Source of the DNA: Dehalococcoidia bacterium
GTDB lineage: Bacteria; Chloroflexota; Dehalococcoidia; Lucifugimonadales; Australimonadaceae
Direction of reading: 5' to 3'
DNA length: 64,000 nt
Assembly: GCA_965208625.1 (NCBI GenBank)
Contig: OZ242348.1
Coordinates: 1,391,545-1,455,544, forward strand
Part shown: positions 1 through 12,770 of the stretch, piece after piece
Numbering within the stretch: position 1 is the first letter of the stretch
Layout: each line of letters opens with the position of its first letter
Made by a program: the position numbers and the translations under genes
The notes under the pieces: model-generated
Databases searched by the model: none
Seen by the model: only the letters and a program-made list of their open reading frames with translations
What the model was told of the DNA's origin: nothing

Positions 1-351
1 CAGGGCGACGGCGGGGCCATCGTCAACTTCTCGTCCGGCTCCGCGTTCAACGGCAACAAGCAGCGCGTCGCCTACGACATGGCGAAGGGCGCCATCGTGA
101 CGCTGACGATGGACATGGCGGTGCAGCTGGCGCAGTACGGCATCCGCACCAACGCCATCGCACCGGGCATCACCGGCTCGCAGGTCGGCGGCATGATCGC
201 ATTCGAGGACCGGCAGACGAACAACCTCGTCGGCGGTCGCGCGGGCTACCCGGAGGAGCAGGCAAGCGTCGCCCTCTTCCTCGCCAGCGACGAAGCCCGC
301 CACCTCTACGGACAGACCCTCAGGAACGACGGCGGCGGCTCTGTTCTCTAG
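1..351 (+). CDS. short-chain dehydrogenase/reductase (SDR), C-terminal part; 5' end lies outside the window
   Basis: Frame 1 is open from base 1 (QGDGGAIVNFSSG...). NAIAPG and LFLASDEARHLYGQTLRNDGG are typical of the SDR C-terminal half. Confidence 0.8.
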   Translation, partial: QGDGGAIVNFSSGSAFNGNKQRVAYDMAKGAIVTLTMDMAVQLAQYGIRTNAIAPGITGSQVGGMIAFEDRQTNNLVGGRAGYPEEQASVALFLASDEARHLYGQTLRNDGGGSVL

Positions 352-417
352 CGGAACACCGCACGCATATTCCCCTCCCTTCGCCGGGAGGGGGGACTAA
401 CGACAGGAGAGTGCGAC

Positions 418-741
418 ATGCCGGAAGGCTACGAGCGCGTGGCATCGCGCGACGAAGTGAGCGCGACTGAACTGAAGGTGGTGCAGGTCGGCGAGAACCA
501 GGTCATCGTCACCGAGCTGAGGGGCGAGGTCATCGCCTTCGACAACATGTGCACTCACGAAGAGTGCGACCTCTACTACGGCGCCGTGGACGAGGACGAC
601 GAGATCGAGTGCGACTGCCACGGCACGCGCTACAACGTGCTCACGGGTGAGGTCACTGCCCCGCCCGCAGAAATCCCGCTCCCCGTCTACGAGGTGAGCG
701 TGGACGACGGCGACGTCTCCATCGGCCCGCGCAAGAACTAG
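418..741 (+). CDS. Rieske [2Fe-2S] domain protein (ferredoxin-like)
   Basis: 107 aa. CTH-x17-CDCH fits the Rieske C-x-H...C-x-x-H motif. AGGAGA lies 7 nt upstream of the ATG. Confidence 0.85.
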   Translation: MPEGYERVASRDEVSATELKVVQVGENQVIVTELRGEVIAFDNMCTHEECDLYYGAVDEDDEIECDCHGTRYNVLTGEVTAPPAEIPLPVYEVSVDDGDVSIGPRKN

Positions 742-794
742 GCCCGCCCAGCGCAATACGCACGCCCGGGAACATCGGGGCTGAAGGAGGCTGC

Positions 795-3038
795 GTGCAG
801 GCCTACCATGTGATCGGAACAGCAGCCCCGCGCGTCGACGGAGTCGCCAAGACGACCGGCGCAGCCCGCTACGCCGCCGATACCGACCTGCCGGGCGCGC
901 TGTGGATGAAAGCCCTCCGCAGCCCCTACCCGCACGCCCGAATCGTCAGCATCGACACGTCGAGGGCCGAACGGCTCCTCGGCGTTCACGCCGTGCTGAC
1001 CGGGGCCGACGTCGTGGGTGTCCTCTACGGACGGCGGCTGCGCGACGTTCCGGTACTCGCCCACGAGCGCGTCCGCTTCGCTGGCGAACGCGTGGCAGCC
1101 GTCGCCGCCCGCGACGCGGAGACCGCGCAGCGGGCCGTCGACCTGATCGACGTCGTGTACGAGGAGTTGCCCGCCGTGCTGGAGCCCGAGGATGCCCTCG
1201 CCGACGGCGCTCCGCTGCTGCATCCGGACGTGCAGGCCTACGATGGCCTGCCCGCGCCCCTGCCCCAACCCACGAACGCGTTCGTCAGCGACGTGTGGGG
1301 CCGCGGCAACCCTGAACGCGGCTTCGCCGAGGCGGACCTTGTCGTCGAGGGGGTCTACACCACACAGCGTGCGCATCAGGCCTATCTCGAACCGCACTCG
1401 TGCGTCGTCTGGATCGACGACGACGGTCGGCTGCAGATATGGGCGCCCAACAAGGCCCCCCACCGCCTGAAACTGAACCTCGCCGACGCCCTCGACCTCG
1501 ACCCCGAGCGCATCGTCGTCCGGCATTCGACCATCGGAGGCGACTTCGGGGGCAAGGGTTCGCCGATGGACATCCCCGTCTGTTACTTCCTGGCGCAGAA
1601 GACCGGCCGGCCCGTCAAGAGCGTCATGACGTTCACCGAGGAATTCTCCGCAGCCAACCCGCGCCACCCCAGCGTCGTGCGGATGCGCACCGGAGTGAAG
1701 AGCGACGGAACGCTCACTGCCCACGAAGCGCAGTTCCTCTTCAACAGCGGCGCCTACGGCGGCTTCAAGCCCGTCCCGGGCGTCAATCTGCCAGGCGCGA
1801 GCCACGCCGCCGGGCCCTACCGCATCCCCCACACCCGCATCGAGGCCGTCCACGTCTACACCAACACCATTCCCGGCGGCTTCTTTCGGGGACCCGGAGC
1901 CGTGCAGGCCAACTTCGCCATCGAGTCCCACATGGACGTCATCGCCCAACGCCTCGGCCTCGAGCCTCTCGAACTGCGGCGGAAGAACCTCGTCCGCGGC
2001 GGCGAGGAGCTCGCCAACGGCATGCCCGGACTCATGATGCGCCCCGAGGAGACGGTCGATGCCGCCGTCCGCGCGTCCGGCTACAACGACTCCAAACCAC
2101 CCCACGTCGGACGCGGCATCTCGCTCTCCTACAAGGACCAGGGCGAGGGCGTATCGTCGGCAGCGGTGACGTTCCGGCCCGACGGCACGGTGCTCCTGCA
2201 CACGTCGGTATTTGAGCAGGGCACTGGCTCCTACACCGCGCTCGTTCAGATCGTCGGCGAAGCCCTCGCTATGGCTCCTGATCTCATCGAGGTGCAGGCG
2301 TGGGACTCGGACGACGGGCCATTCGACACCGGCGTCGGCGCGAGCCGCGTCACCCGCGTGGCCGGACCGGCTGCATACGAGGCAGCCACCCGCGCCAGAA
2401 CGGAGTTGTTCCAACTCGCAGCGCGGCTGCTCGGCTGGCCTGTTGAACGCGTCGCGTTATCCGGCAGCGACGTGAAGCGGACTGACACCGGCGAGTCAGC
2501 CCCGTGGGCGGGGCTCGTCGCACAGGCTGACACCCCCATCATGGGAAGCTCGACGAACAACGCCCACGAACATTCCCCCGTCGCCTCGGCGATGGCGCAG
2601 ATCGCCGAGGTGCGCGTCGATCCGGAGACCGGCCGGGTTGAACTGCTGAAGCTGACCAGCGCCCACGACGTCGGCGTGGTCATCAACCCCATCGGCCACC
2701 AGGGACAGATCAACGGAGGCGTCGTGCAGGGCATCGGGCACGCCCTCACCGAAGAACTCCTGGTTCAGGGCGGCCGGGTCGTCAACCCCACCCTCGCCGA
2801 CTACAAGTTGCCGTCGATCGCCGACCTCCCCGAGCTGCGCACCGCGCTCGTCGAGTCCGAGGAAGGGGTCGGCCCGTATCGCACCAAGGGCATAGGGGAG
2901 TACGCGATAGAGGGCATCAGCGCGGCGGTTGCAAATGCTGTTGCCGACGCCGTAGGCGTCCGCATCGCAGATGCGCCCGTCACAGCGGAGAAGGTGTACC
3001 GCGCACTCCGGGACCGCGGCCACTACAGCGAGCGCTAG
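795..3038 (+). CDS. xanthine dehydrogenase/aldehyde oxidase/CoxL-family molybdopterin-binding large subunit
   Basis: 747 aa with a GTG start. N-terminus IGTAAPRVDGVAKTTGAARYAAD...ALRSPYPHARI and the overall length are typical of Mo-hydroxylase large subunits. Confidence 0.9.
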   Translation: MQAYHVIGTAAPRVDGVAKTTGAARYAADTDLPGALWMKALRSPYPHARIVSIDTSRAERLLGVHAVLTGADVVGVLYGRRLRDVPVLAHERVRFAGERVAAVAARDAETAQRAVDLIDVVYEELPAVLEPEDALADGAPLLHPDVQAYDGLPAPLPQPTNAFVSDVWGRGNPERGFAEADLVVEGVYTTQRAHQAYLEPHSCVVWIDDDGRLQIWAPNKAPHRLKLNLADALDLDPERIVVRHSTIGGDFGGKGSPMDIPVCYFLAQKTGRPVKSVMTFTEEFSAANPRHPSVVRMRTGVKSDGTLTAHEAQFLFNSGAYGGFKPVPGVNLPGASHAAGPYRIPHTRIEAVHVYTNTIPGGFFRGPGAVQANFAIESHMDVIAQRLGLEPLELRRKNLVRGGEELANGMPGLMMRPEETVDAAVRASGYNDSKPPHVGRGISLSYKDQGEGVSSAAVTFRPDGTVLLHTSVFEQGTGSYTALVQIVGEALAMAPDLIEVQAWDSDDGPFDTGVGASRVTRVAGPAAYEAATRARTELFQLAARLLGWPVERVALSGSDVKRTDTGESAPWAGLVAQADTPIMGSSTNNAHEHSPVASAMAQIAEVRVDPETGRVELLKLTSAHDVGVVINPIGHQGQINGGVVQGIGHALTEELLVQGGRVVNPTLADYKLPSIADLPELRTALVESEEGVGPYRTKGIGEYAIEGISAAVANAVADAVGVRIADAPVTAEKVYRALRDRGHYSER

Positions 3039-3049
3039 AAGCGTTCCTC

Positions 3050-3212
3050 CGCCACTTACCGTCGTTCCTGCGCAGGCAGGAAGCTCGCCTGGTGTAGGGG
3101 CGTCCCATGTGGGCGCCCTTCCCCATCGTTCCCTCTCAGCCTTGTCTTCCCCCTCTCCCCCGGGAGAGGGTGCCGCGCTTCAGCCGCAGCGAGTGAGGGT
3201 CGAGACGCGCCC
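3050..3212. repeat. cluster of G+C-rich hairpin modules (intergenic mosaic repeat family)
   Basis: Contains GTTCCTGCGCAGGCAGGAAG, GTAGGGGCGTCCCATGTGGGCGCCC and CCCTCTCCCCCGGGAGAGGG+GCGCTTCAGC. Each has relatives in the other clusters listed. Confidence 0.8.
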
Positions 3213-3215
3213 CAC

Positions 3216-3854
3216 CTAATATCCACCCAGCGCAACGCTCACAAAGCGACGCTCCATGCGCAGCGCCAGGTCCCGCGCCGTCGAGAGGTGCTCGCTGCTG
3301 CCCAGCGCAACCACGAACGCGACGCCCAGCAGTCTCCCGAGCGCGAAGTCCACGATGGTGGAACCGATGACGCCTACCGGCACGTCGTGCACGGCGAAGA
3401 CGCCCGCCGCCTTGCCGTGGAAGCCGGACACCGGCACCTCCTCCGCGTGGAGCAGTTCATGGCCGTTGTCCAGGATGCGACCCGCGTTGCCGACGAACTC
3501 ACTGAGGAACGTCTCGTCTATCCAGCGCTCGACCGATGCTCCGTCGCGGAAGAGGTGCGCCACCATCCCCGCGCTGACGATGGTGCCTGTCTCAGGCTCC
3601 TCCTCCAACTCGCGGCTCATCTCTCGCAGATAGCCGCTGATGCGCCCGGCCTCTCCGATAGACTCTTCCGTCTGACCCGGAAAGCCATGCTCGGCCATCG
3701 TCTCGTTATCGAGTTCGTTCTCACGCGTGACAACGAACCCGGCAAGCTCGGGCGGCATGTCGGCTGGCTGCAACAGCATGTGCTCCAGGTCAGCCATCTG
3801 GACAGCGTCCGTGGCCCTGCGTAGTGCATTCGTCTGTTGCCCCTGACCGGTCAT
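3216..3854 (-). CDS. hypothetical protein
   Basis: The ORF runs 3216..3917. The internal ATG at 3854 is preferred (GAGGAG 10 nt upstream). Coding-like composition, but I recognise no motif. Confidence 0.55.
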   Translation of the reverse strand: MTGQGQQTNALRRATDAVQMADLEHMLLQPADMPPELAGFVVTRENELDNETMAEHGFPGQTEESIGEAGRISGYLREMSRELEEEPETGTIVSAGMVAHLFRDGASVERWIDETFLSEFVGNAGRILDNGHELLHAEEVPVSGFHGKAAGVFAVHDVPVGVIGSTIVDFALGRLLGVAFVVALGSSEHLSTARDLALRMERRFVSVALGGY

Positions 3855-3936
3855 CACAAGCGTGCTCCTCGTCGAATTGCACAGACAGCCTACCAGAGCA
3901 GGAGCGTCGCGGGGCATAGTACAATCGAAAGAGCGC

Positions 3937-4012
3937 CCGCCCGTAGCTCAGCGGATAGAGCATCGGTCTTCGGAACCGAGTGTCGTGGGTTCGATTCCCT
4001 CCGGGCGGGCCA
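3937..4012 (+). tRNA. tRNA-Arg (anticodon UCG)
   Basis: Manual cloverleaf. 7-bp acceptor CCGCCCG/CGGGCGG, U8, D-arm GCTC-AGCGGATA-GAGC. Anticodon arm TCGGT-CTTCGGA-ACCGA. T-arm GTGGG-TTCGATT-CCCTC with one U-U mismatch. Encoded CCA. The C1-G72 first pair is unusual. Confidence 0.85.
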
Positions 4013-4164
4013 GCGCCGCAAACCTGCACGAATCCGATTCCCACGGAACAACGTAACTCATATTGACCGGCTGTCCCCGTGGGAAACACGCTATCCTTAA
4101 GCAGTTGCTACCGATGGATCAGTGCCGCCCGAGAGAAGCCCGTACGGACCCGCAGTCGACGCCT

Positions 4165-4217
4165 CACAGGTGTTCCTGCTCCCGCTGCGGAACCGGGAGT
4201 AAGGAGATACACCTGTG
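4165..4217 (+). promoter_or_regulatory. 5' leader hairpin that sequesters the SD and start codon of the RND gene
   Basis: CACAGGTGT (4165-4173) pairs with ACACCTGTG (4209-4217). The second arm contains the GTG start. The inner helix is CTCCCG/CGGGAG, and AAGGAG lies inside the structure. Confidence 0.5.
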
Positions 4218-7200
4218 ACCTTCCTGACGTCGATGGCCCTCCGCCGCCCGACGGTGACGGTGCTCGCCATAGCCCTCATCCTCGTCTCCGGCGTGGGTGC
4301 CTACCGCTCGCTCCAGGTTGAGCTCTTTCCCCAGATCGACTTCCCGCTCGTTGCGGTCTTCGTCGCTTATCCCTCCGCCGACCCGGAGGCGGTCGTCCGT
4401 TCGGTCACCGACCCCATCGAGCGTGCGATCTCCGATACGCCCGAACTCGAATCGATACTGTCCAATTCGTCCGAGGGGAGGTCGGCGATATTCGCCAACT
4501 TCCGCTACGGCACGGACATGGCGGAAGCGCAGGCGGCCATCGAAGCCGCCGTCGGCGGCGTCACCTTCCCCGACGGCGTTCAGGAGCCGGACGTCGGGCG
4601 CTTCAATCCGGACGATTTCCCCGTCGTCCAGTTCAGCGTCATATCGGACAGGCCACTCGCGGAGATGCAGGACCTCGTGCGATCGCGCATCGTGCCTGAG
4701 ATCTCCGGCCTCGACGGCGTCATGGACGTTACGCTCGCCGGCACGGTGGACCGAAGCGTACGCATCACCGTGGACGCCGAGAAGTTGGCGGCCAACGACG
4801 TCCCCCTGTTCCAGCTAGCAGGGGCCCTGAGCGAGAACAACCTGACGCTCCCAGCCGGACTGCTGTTCGACGGCTCGCAGGCCATCATCGCCAAGACGAC
4901 CTACACGCTGGAGTCGGTGGAGGACATCGAGAACCTCATCGTCGGCGGCTCCGCAGCCGGCGTCGTGCGTCTCGCTGACGTCGCCACCGTAACCCTCGGT
5001 AACGGAACGCCTGACAGCATCGACCGCACGAACGGCAAGCCCGGCATCGGCGTGTCCGTCACCAAGGGGCCCGACGCCAATACCGTGGACGTAACGACCG
5101 CGGTCAACGAGGCGCTGGATAGCATCGAAGGACTCCCCGCGGACGTCGAGATAATCGTCGTAGCGGACCAGGGCCCCGAGATCCAGCGGCAGATCGACAC
5201 CCTCGCCAGGGAGGCGATATTCGGCTTCTTCTTCGCCGTCTCCGTGGTCTTCGCCTTCATGTTCACCATCCGGCCGACGGTCGTGCGGGGCTTCTTCAAC
5301 ACGCTCCGTCCCACCGTGGTCATCGCGCTCTCCATCCCCCTGAGCGTCCTGACCGGAATCCTGCTCATGTTCTCGCAGGACATGTCCCTCAATTTCATGA
5401 CGTTCGGAGGACTCGCCATCTCCGTGGGACGCGTCGTCGACGACTCCATCGTCGTGTTAGAGAACGTCTACCGCCACATACAGGGAGGACGCGAGCGGTG
5501 GCGCGCCGCGCTGGATGCAACCGCCGAGGTAGGCCCCGCCATCGTCGCCTCGACCTTGACCACCGTCGTCGTGTTTCTCCCGCTGGCGTTCATCCCCGGC
5601 CTGTTCGGGGCGTTCTTCTCTCCCTTCGCGCTCACTGTCACCTTCGCGCTCATCGCGTCGCTGTTCGTCGCGCTGACAGCGGTCCCTGTCCTCGGGGCAT
5701 ACCTCCTCCGCCCCGGCGACCTGCCGGAGGGAGCCGGCGACGAGGGCGAGTTGATGCTGCCGGAGACCGCGCTGCAGCGCATCTACGGCGCCATCCTGCG
5801 CTGGGTGTTGCGCCGCAGGCTCATCACCTTGCTGGCCGCCTTCCTGATCACGTTGTCGAGCCTCGGCCTTCTCGCCGTTATCCCCGTCAACCTGTTCGGC
5901 GGCGAGACCGACAGCCTGCAGATCCAGGTCGTCATGCCGCCAGGGACCGCCCCTGAGCAGACCCTCGAGACGGTCGTCGAGATAGAAGAGCGGCTGAACG
6001 ACGTCTCCGACCTCTACTCGGTGACCATCGGCGCGTCAGAGTTCGGTTTCTTCTCGGGTGGGGGGCAGGCTAGGCGTGCCGAGTTCTTCGTCACCCTCAG
6101 GGATGATGCTCCTGAGGACATCGCCCAGGTACTCAGGGAGGAACTCAACCAGCCTGGACGGGTCGTCAGCATCTCGGAGATCGTGGACGGCCCTCCGGGG
6201 GGCGGCGTTGACATCGCCGTCACCGGCCCGGACTACGGCGACATCGCCACTGTCTCCCGTGAACTGGTCGCGTCCCTCGGGACCATCGAGGACATCGTCA
6301 ACCTTGAGAACACCGTGACCCAGGCCCGTCCTGAGGTCGCGATTGAGGTGGACCCGGAGAAGGCCGCGTTCCTCGGTCTCACCACGCGCCAGGTCGCCTT
6401 CCAGCTCAGCCTGTACCTCATCGGCCAGACCGTCACGACCATCTCCATAGACGGCCAGACGTACGACGTCGTGGTCGCCGGAGACCCGCGCGCTGCGGGA
6501 GGGCTGGATGGTGTGAGCTCCCTCATCGTCGCCGGGCAGGTCGGCTCAGCGCCCCTGGGAGACATCGCCGAACTCGTCATGCGCGAGGGCCCGGTCGAGG
6601 TCAGCCGTATCGACGGCGTCCGCTCTGCGAGCATCACCGCCGACATCATCGGTGAAGATGCTCAGGCCGTCGGCGTCCTCGTCCAGGAGAAGATCGACGC
6701 ACTGCAGCTCCCGCCCGGCGTCAGCGTCGAGAGCGGCGGCGTCTTCGCCGACATCGCGGAGGGCTTCCAGGCCGTCTTCATCTCCATGGCCGTGGGTATC
6801 GTGCTCGTCTACCTCGTCATGGTCGTCAGCCTCGGCTCCCTGCGGAACCCGTTCGTCATCATCACGACGCTGCCGCTGGCGCTCATCGGCGTGTTCGTTT
6901 CGCTGGCCATAACCGGGCGCTCGCTCGGGCTGCCCGCCATGATGGGCATGCTGCTCCTCATCGGCATCGTCGTAACGAACGCAATCGTGCTCATCGCCTT
7001 CGTGGAACAGCAACGAGCCAGGGGCATGCCCGTCTACGACGCCCTGGTCTCCGGCGCACGCGTACGCCTGCGCCCCATCCTCATGACCGCCCTCACCACG
7101 AGCTTCGCCCTCCTGCCGCTCGCAGTGGCGAGCGAGGGCAGCGGCGGCATCATCAGCGCGGAGCTGGCGACGGTCGTGATAGGCGGCCTGATGAGCTCCA

Positions 7201-7328
7201 CCGGGCTCACCCTGCTCGTCCTGCCCATCGTCTACATGCTGTTCAACGACAGCATCCCAAGGCTCCTGAACAGGCTCTTCCGCCGCCCCCAGCCTGCTCC
7301 CGCGCCTGAGCCCGCCCCGGCAAGCTGA
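4215..7328 (+). CDS. RND-family efflux transporter permease (AcrB/HAE-like)
   Basis: 1037 aa. N-terminus MTFLTSMALRRPTVTVLAIALILVSGVGAYRSLQVELFPQIDFP. Two large loops and a 12-TM pattern are typical of the family. No adjacent periplasmic adaptor or outer-membrane gene. Confidence 0.9.
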   Translation: MTFLTSMALRRPTVTVLAIALILVSGVGAYRSLQVELFPQIDFPLVAVFVAYPSADPEAVVRSVTDPIERAISDTPELESILSNSSEGRSAIFANFRYGTDMAEAQAAIEAAVGGVTFPDGVQEPDVGRFNPDDFPVVQFSVISDRPLAEMQDLVRSRIVPEISGLDGVMDVTLAGTVDRSVRITVDAEKLAANDVPLFQLAGALSENNLTLPAGLLFDGSQAIIAKTTYTLESVEDIENLIVGGSAAGVVRLADVATVTLGNGTPDSIDRTNGKPGIGVSVTKGPDANTVDVTTAVNEALDSIEGLPADVEIIVVADQGPEIQRQIDTLAREAIFGFFFAVSVVFAFMFTIRPTVVRGFFNTLRPTVVIALSIPLSVLTGILLMFSQDMSLNFMTFGGLAISVGRVVDDSIVVLENVYRHIQGGRERWRAALDATAEVGPAIVASTLTTVVVFLPLAFIPGLFGAFFSPFALTVTFALIASLFVALTAVPVLGAYLLRPGDLPEGAGDEGELMLPETALQRIYGAILRWVLRRRLITLLAAFLITLSSLGLLAVIPVNLFGGETDSLQIQVVMPPGTAPEQTLETVVEIEERLNDVSDLYSVTIGASEFGFFSGGGQARRAEFFVTLRDDAPEDIAQVLREELNQPGRVVSISEIVDGPPGGGVDIAVTGPDYGDIATVSRELVASLGTIEDIVNLENTVTQARPEVAIEVDPEKAAFLGLTTRQVAFQLSLYLIGQTVTTISIDGQTYDVVVAGDPRAAGGLDGVSSLIVAGQVGSAPLGDIAELVMREGPVEVSRIDGVRSASITADIIGEDAQAVGVLVQEKIDALQLPPGVSVESGGVFADIAEGFQAVFISMAVGIVLVYLVMVVSLGSLRNPFVIITTLPLALIGVFVSLAITGRSLGLPAMMGMLLLIGIVVTNAIVLIAFVEQQRARGMPVYDALVSGARVRLRPILMTALTTSFALLPLAVASEGSGGIISAELATVVIGGLMSSTGLTLLVLPIVYMLFNDSIPRLLNRLFRRPQPAPAPEPAPAS

Positions 7329-7329
7329 T

Positions 7330-7560
7330 CCTCCCCCCTTGATGGAGACCTTTTGCATCACTGCGTGGGGTGCCATTGGGAGGGGTGATGATGCCTGATC
7401 CCCTCTCCCTTGAGGGGAGAGGGCAACGCGCTTTAGCGCGCGGTGAGGGTGAACCGGGGACGGGGCGTGGCATCTGTGAGCGGGTTATGCAAGGGCCCTT
7501 TGATGGGGGAAGGTGGGAGCCATCCCCGCATTTGATGCGGGGATGGGGGTGCATTGCCTG
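7330..7560. repeat. cluster of G+C-rich hairpin modules
   Basis: CCCCTCTCCCTTGAGGGGAGAGGG followed by ACGCGCTTTAGCGCGCGGTGAGGGTG, then the 11-bp hairpin CCATCCCCGCA-TTTGA-TGCGGGGATGG. Lies between convergent genes. Confidence 0.8.
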
Positions 7561-7565
7561 CGGCG

Positions 7566-10833
<3,268 letters not shown>

Positions 10834-10874
10834 CAGTCCAGAGTTGGTGAGACTTTGTTGACTGGTAGGCACTT

Positions 10875-11010
10875 AGCCTTGTCATGTTGAGCGTAGCCCG
10901 CGCTTCAGCGCGCAACATCCTCTCGGGGGGCGGTGGCATAGGGCGGGCGCTTGCCCGAGAGATTCCTCGGCTCCGCTCGGAATGACAATACAGGGACAGT
11001 CGCCCACCCA
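10875..11010. repeat. cluster of G+C-rich hairpin modules
   Basis: GTCATGTTGAGCG...CCCGCGCTTCAGCGCGC and GATTCCTCGGCTCCGCTCGGAATGAC modules. Confidence 0.65.
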
Positions 11011-11075
11011 CCCTGAACCAACACGCGCCTCCCTGAATCCTCGACGCAAAACCGGAACGGGCGTAACGTAATCCC

Positions 11076-12377
11076 GTGCGCGATTTCCTTGCCCGACGCT
11101 TCGAGTTCTTCGTCGTCCTCCGACGGCGGGACTACCGACGCTACTGGTTCGGCCTCGTCGGGAGCGTCACGTCCCAGCAGGCGCTCATGACCGCCCAGGG
11201 CTGGCTGCTCTACGACATCACCGGCGAGGTCGTCGTCCTCGGGTACGTTGCCGCCGCGCAGGCCGTCCCCGCCATCGTCTTCAACCTCCTCGCCGGCGCC
11301 CTCGCCGACCGGCTCGACCCCCGACGCCTCATCGTCATCGGCGAAGGCGTCGCAACGCTCGTCATCGCGGTGCTGGCGACGCTCGTGCTGATCGGACGGG
11401 TCGAGGTCTGGCACATCGTGGCCTCGGCCTTCCTCATCGGCATCTCGACGTCGCTCGACCAGCCCGCGCGCCGCGTCGTCTGGCCCGCCCTCGTGGAGCG
11501 TCAGCAGTTCATGTTCGCCACAGCCCTGAACCAGGGCGTCTGGAACGGCACCCGTGTCTTCTCGCCGATGGTCGGGGCGATGCCCATCGCCATCGTCGGC
11601 GGCATCACCGGCGACTTCCACCTCGGCGCGGCGGTCGCGCTCTACCTTATCGCGGCGGGCTTCGCCACCATGGCCATCGCCATCGTCACCATCACGCTGC
11701 CGGAGATGCGGCGCGCGACGGGACGCACCGTCCTCCACGACATCGCGGACGGGCTCGGCTTCGTCGTGCGGCACCGCATCTTCCTGCTCCTGCTCATGAT
11801 GAGCTTCGCCATCGGCTACTTCGGACTCTCCTACCAGTGGCTGCTGCCCGCGTTCGCCGCGGACGTCCTGGGGCTGGGGCCGGAGGGGCTCGGCTTGCTC
11901 CAGACCGCGAGCGGCATCGGCGGACTTACGGGCATCTTCCTCTCGGCGTCCTTCGGCCAGCAGCAGAGCAAGGCCTGGATGCTCGGCGGCGGCGCGGGCC
12001 TGCTCGGACTATCCGTGCTGCTCTTCGGCGTCAACGGCGAGATGCAGTGGTACTGGTTCGCCCTCGCCATGGCCGCCGCGAGCGGCGGGCTCTACGCCGT
12101 CTTCCAGACCGCCTCCAACACCCTGCTGAACCTCCTCGTCCCCACGGAGTTCCGAGGCCGTGTCATGGGCCTCCGAGGCGTGATGTGGAGCCTCGCCCCG
12201 CTCGGAGCCCTGCAGGCGGGCTTTGTCGCCCAGTACACCAGCACCCCGTTCGCCATAGCCCTCGGCGGCGGCGCCGTCATCGCCGTCACCATCCTCGCCT
12301 TCGCCTTCAGCGGCCAGGTCCGCTCCATCCACCGCCTCGTCGAAGAAGCCAACGCCCGCGAGGGAGTGAACGCGTAA
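11076..12377 (+). CDS. MFS transporter
   Basis: 433 aa with a GTG start and about 12 TM segments. LADRLDPRR loop motif. Confidence 0.85.
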   Translation: MRDFLARRFEFFVVLRRRDYRRYWFGLVGSVTSQQALMTAQGWLLYDITGEVVVLGYVAAAQAVPAIVFNLLAGALADRLDPRRLIVIGEGVATLVIAVLATLVLIGRVEVWHIVASAFLIGISTSLDQPARRVVWPALVERQQFMFATALNQGVWNGTRVFSPMVGAMPIAIVGGITGDFHLGAAVALYLIAAGFATMAIAIVTITLPEMRRATGRTVLHDIADGLGFVVRHRIFLLLLMMSFAIGYFGLSYQWLLPAFAADVLGLGPEGLGLLQTASGIGGLTGIFLSASFGQQQSKAWMLGGGAGLLGLSVLLFGVNGEMQWYWFALAMAAASGGLYAVFQTASNTLLNLLVPTEFRGRVMGLRGVMWSLAPLGALQAGFVAQYTSTPFAIALGGGAVIAVTILAFAFSGQVRSIHRLVEEANAREGVNA

Positions 12378-12384
12378 GTCCCGT

Positions 12385-12770
12385 CGTTCTTGTGAAAATA
12401 GGCGTTCGTCGTTCCTGCGGAGGCAGGAACCCCGCCCCTGTCCCGTCATTCCCGCACCGGCGGGAATCTAGGGTGCACGGGCAGTGCACACGGGGCGGAG
12501 TGGAAGGGCGGGGCGCGTCCAGCCGGCTACTGCGTTATTCGGCTGGCAAGTACGGGCGCGCGTGGGCTGTCGCCTCCCAATTTCATTCCCTTACACGGCC
12601 TGACAAGGCTCTGGGCCATTCCTGCGAAGGCAGGACGCGCTTTAGCGCGCCCTCGCCCCTTGCGCGGAGCGCCTGCTTGGTCCCTTCCCTCTTGATGGGG
12701 GAAGGTTAGGATGGGGGTGAACAGGTGGTGGGGAGTGGGGATGCCTGGTCCCCTCTCCTGAGGGAGAGGG
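12385..12770. repeat. large cluster of G+C-rich hairpin modules
   Basis: GTTCCTGCGGAGGCAGGAAC, ATTCCCGCACCGGCGGGAAT, CGGCCTGACAAGGCTC, ATTCCTGCGAAGGCAGGA+CGCGCTTTAGCGCGC, CCTTCCCTCTTGATGGGGGAAGG, CCCCTCTCCTGAGGGAGAGGG. The 380-aa track ORF reads through these by accident. Confidence 0.85.

Noticed and set aside
738-2414. 558-aa ORF on the minus strand
   Set aside because: It is antisense to the Mo-hydroxylase large-subunit gene. It has the same low-complexity Arg/Gly/Ala composition and no start context.
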